64,000 nt of DNA, taken from the NCBI GenBank assembly GCA_964016885.1, contig OZ024740.1, positions 310,682,001 to 310,746,000 on the forward strand, read 5' to 3'. Position 1 is the first letter of the stretch, and every line of letters begins with the position of its first letter. The DNA is from Eledone cirrhosa (lineage: Eukaryota). Position numbers and translations under genes: made by a program. The notes below the pieces were generated by a model. That model did no database searches. It was not told the origin of the DNA and was given only the letters and a program-made list of their open reading frames with translations. Positions 60,480 to 64,000 of the stretch are shown one piece after another.

Positions 60480-61930
60480 TGTCATTTGTAAAGGTAACCC
60501 TATAAAATGTTGGCGCTTGGGCCCAAATATTTGAACTATATTTCTTCTGCCGAATAAGAAAAACATGGAAAATACATGACGCCCCAACATTGGGCCTGCT
60601 ATGTCGTGACAGCCGCTCAAACGTTGAGAAGAGGGATACCAACAAACTCCAAGTACTATTATGGACAAAGTGAAAAAAATATATAAACACAACATGCAAC
60701 ATCGCCAACAACACCACCAGCAATATCGTGAACAATATAAGCATTAACAACAACAGCAAGAACGTAACAAGTAAAGGAAACAACGGCAGCAGCAGCAACA
60801 ACAACAGCAACAACAACACAACCACCAAAAACATCAATGTGAACAAAGACGCCATCAGCACCAGCAACAACCACAATAGGAACACAACTAAATCCAACAT
60901 CAGCCACAACAACAACTATAACAAAACGAACAATAAGAACACATTCGCTGCCGTGGCAACTAAGATCACCCCTTGTTTTCCCATGAACCTATCCCATAAA
61001 GAATAACGTTTGGTGCAGGAATGGAAACTCATCAAACATGAGAAAATCCGGACCAACCTAATTGACCCGGCCGAAGCAATGGAGGCAGTAAAGCGCAGAA
61101 CAATTGTTTACAGATGTATTTCAGTGCGGTCTCGCAAAGCAGAAGTAAGCCCTGATGTGCAGGTCGCAAGTAAATGCATCCAAGACGACATGGAGTTCAT
61201 AGGAAGGGTCAGGTAATTCGGTATCATCTCGGTATTGTTTAAATCTGAATCCCATGCTGTGAAACAACATCAACCCCGAGTGGAGAAGCAACAGCAAAAC
61301 CAGCAAGTGCAGGAGCAACATCATCACCAACATAAACAGCAATACCACCACCAACAACAGGAACAGCAGCAGCAGAAGTATTTCCACCATCATCAGCAAC
61401 GACCCGAACGCCCGTGGAAAACATGCCTCTCCCCGACGCCACCACACAGTTGGACATTGATTGTAATTAGGGTGACAAATGGCAAAGCGTCTGCTGCGAA
61501 AACAAAAAGAAAAATCGAAAGACCTCGCTGTCTTTTTCCTCAAAAAAGAAGGCAAGTGTGAAGCAAAAAAGCTAATGCTGTGAGACAACTAATGCCAGTA
61601 TCTCCACAAACTTCTCCATCATCACCAACATCAACATCACCATCATCAAGACCATAAATACACCACTGACACCAACAACATTCCAAACACAATCAAACCC
61701 ACATCCACATCGAACACAACAAAATGAAACATGCCATAAATATTAACAAGAAACTAATGTACCAGATAAAATACAACACTACAATTACAGAAAAGGAATA
61801 CATCATCCCCAAGGTAATACAAATTACGCAACAAACATACATTGAATTCAAACAAAAATTCCCCAACGAATTGGAAATTTCCGAGGGGCGGTCGCAAAAC
61901 GAAACCATCCTTCCTCCAGACGATTAAGGT
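60480..61930 (+). pseudogene. Internally deleted LINE 5' end / ORF1 relic, paralogous to 62300-64000
   Basis: Shared gcccaaatatttgaac leader, Asn-rich tract, TFAAVA vs SFAGVA, VYRCIS vs TYRTVS, GDKWQSVC vs GGK*QTVC. Confidence 0.65.
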
Positions 61931-62299
61931 AAGTAGTCCTTCTCTCGATTCGTTATTCATGATAGGCAGTGTAAATTCACAGGTCCTGGGGTCATTCTCG
62001 AAGCAAGGTGACCTGCTCAATTACTTCAGAAGTCTCCTCACTATTGGGTGCTTTGTTTTTGTTTGAATTTTAGTTTTCATTGTTTTAGTTTAAATAACCT
62101 TTCACGCAAACGCCACACAGTATCATCATCTGCCGTTTTGTGCCATCCTTGATGTTAGATCTGCGTTATTATTATTATTATTATTGGTCTAATCGGACGT
62201 CTTTTGCTCGCTCCCAGTAAGTCGCTTTATTTGCCTGTTATAATTATTTGTTGTTGAATTTTTCTTGTTGTGTAAGGAATATAAGGCCTTGGACTTTGC

Positions 62300-64000
62300 C
62301 CTGTGAAGGGGAAAGTATAATATTTGGGCATTTTGGCCCAAATATTTGAACAATATTTGAACATTTTACTTCTGAAAATCAATAAAAAAATAAATAAAAC
62401 ATGGTTGCCCAGCAATATGTCTGCAGTCGTGTGACAACGGCGTAAAAGTTGAGAGGCGGGTTAGTGAAACTCATACAACAAACACCACCACAAACAACGT
62501 GAACAAAGACAACAACACTGAGAACACTAATTTTGAAAATATTACCACACCAACTACAACAATAACAGCGGCAACCAAAATACAGACAACAGAAAAAAAT
62601 GACAACAAATGCAACGATTTTAACACCACTAACAAGAAAATAAACAATAACACCAACAATACAAATTGCACCGAAAACAACAACAGTAGCACCAAAGACA
62701 CAACCAACTACAACAGTGATAACAGCAACAACAACAACACCGTGTGTAGCAGTAGCAACAGCAACAGCACCAACAACAAGACCAGTAGCAGCAGTAGCGG
62801 CAGCAATAATGGTGCCGCTGAAAAAGCGGCCACTTCTTTTGCAGGTGTGGCCCGAAATATAGAGACAGTGCTAGTCACGGAGGAGGAGATGGCAGTCGCA
62901 AGAGCCATGGGGACAAGGAATGAAAATAGAGTTTCCCTAAAACCTCCACCCGATTTCTTCAAAGACCAGCAGCTGCGTGCGGTGACATACCGCACTGTAA
63001 GTAAGATGTCACATCGGGTGGAAAGATCCACGGAGGCTCAAATCCAAAAGGCCTTGCGGTGCGTCTTGGGCGCAAAATCCACATCACCCGAGGTAAAAGG
63101 TACGCCACAGTAGACGTACTTTTCGCCACCCCCAAGAGGCGAAGTCTCACTCTTTAGAAACCCTAAAGAGTGAGGAGATACTCTTGGAGCCCTTCTACAG
63201 CTGGCAGAACATTGTGAGGGTCAACGTGACACAGGCCGCGTCTGTACTGGCTGGAATCGAGGAGAAAACTGCCATAATGCAAATACAGTCAATGGGAAGA
63301 GAGAACTGGTCAGGAATAGGCATGCAAATGCTAATAAAGACTGACCAGGAGTGCATCGAGGCCATGCCAGATATCATAGACCTCGAAGAAGGACTCCAGC
63401 TCCCTATAAGCTTGGAGGGAAGACACCCAAAGTGCTATCTCTGTGGACAGATGGGTCACCTCAGGGCCTTCTGCCCGCAGAAGACAGTCAAGAAGAGGGC
63501 CCCCCTCCTTCCGACGCCGGATCTGCTGCTACCAAGAGCAGGGCAGGCTACAGAGGCAGAAGACCCTTCCATGGTGAATAGGAGGTCAACGTCCGTGGAA
63601 CCCATACCAAGGCCACGGACAAGTAAAACAGTGGCAGCAGTGGCGGCAACACCAACAGTCGCAGTAGCTACACCGGCGGCAAAATCGCCGGAGCGGGCTC
63701 CACTACCACCACCAACAGCAGTGGAGCTCATACCCCTCCCAGACGCCACGGAATACGATATGGAGTATGAGGCGGGAGGGAAGTGACAAACGGTCTGCCA
63801 CAAAAAAAAACAAAAAATGAAAAACCCTTTAGCTTCACCCTCCAAAAGCGAAGGCAAACAACGAGGGGTAAAGGCTGCAAGGAGACTTGCAGCAACACCA
63901 CCACCATCACCATCACCACCACAAGCATCACCACCAACAACAACCACACCACCACCAGCATCACCAAAAACACCAACATCGCAAACACACACACCCAACA
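62300..64000 (+). pseudogene. LINE (probably L1/Tx1-type) ORF1, disrupted, with CCHC zinc knuckle; runs off the window
   Basis: Asn/Ser-rich N-terminus (62499-63113), then LPISLEGRHPKCYLCGQMGHLRAFCP (63184-63786), Pro/Thr-rich tail; frameshifts and stops. Confidence 0.7.

Overview
AT-rich animal genomic DNA, very probably an octopus/cephalopod (inferred from the extreme (TA)n/(TG)n load and SINE motifs I recognise). No host protein-coding gene can be supported, and most ORFs in the supplied track are microsatellite artefacts. The window is a nest of mobile DNA. (1) One intact 1181-aa RTE-clade LINE (APE + RT + three C2H2 fingers) is flanked by an identical 165-bp direct repeat. (2) There are several Penelope-like elements (PLEs) and many short non-coding relatives, inserted in (TA)n and sharing an 'inverted arm - direct arm - short tail' fold-back architecture. 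About 20 type I hammerhead ribozyme motifs from roughly 9 sequence families can be read directly in these. (3) Two fold-back families have no visible hammerhead: one carries an almost perfect tRNA cloverleaf, the other a bistable hairpin. (4) Also present are a non-autonomous Helitron carrying a CRE-type LINE fragment, Tc1/mariner, L1/Tx1 and RTE relics, tRNA-SINEs, a 70-bp minisatellite, and a ~4-kb tandem triplication that runs into an assembly gap.
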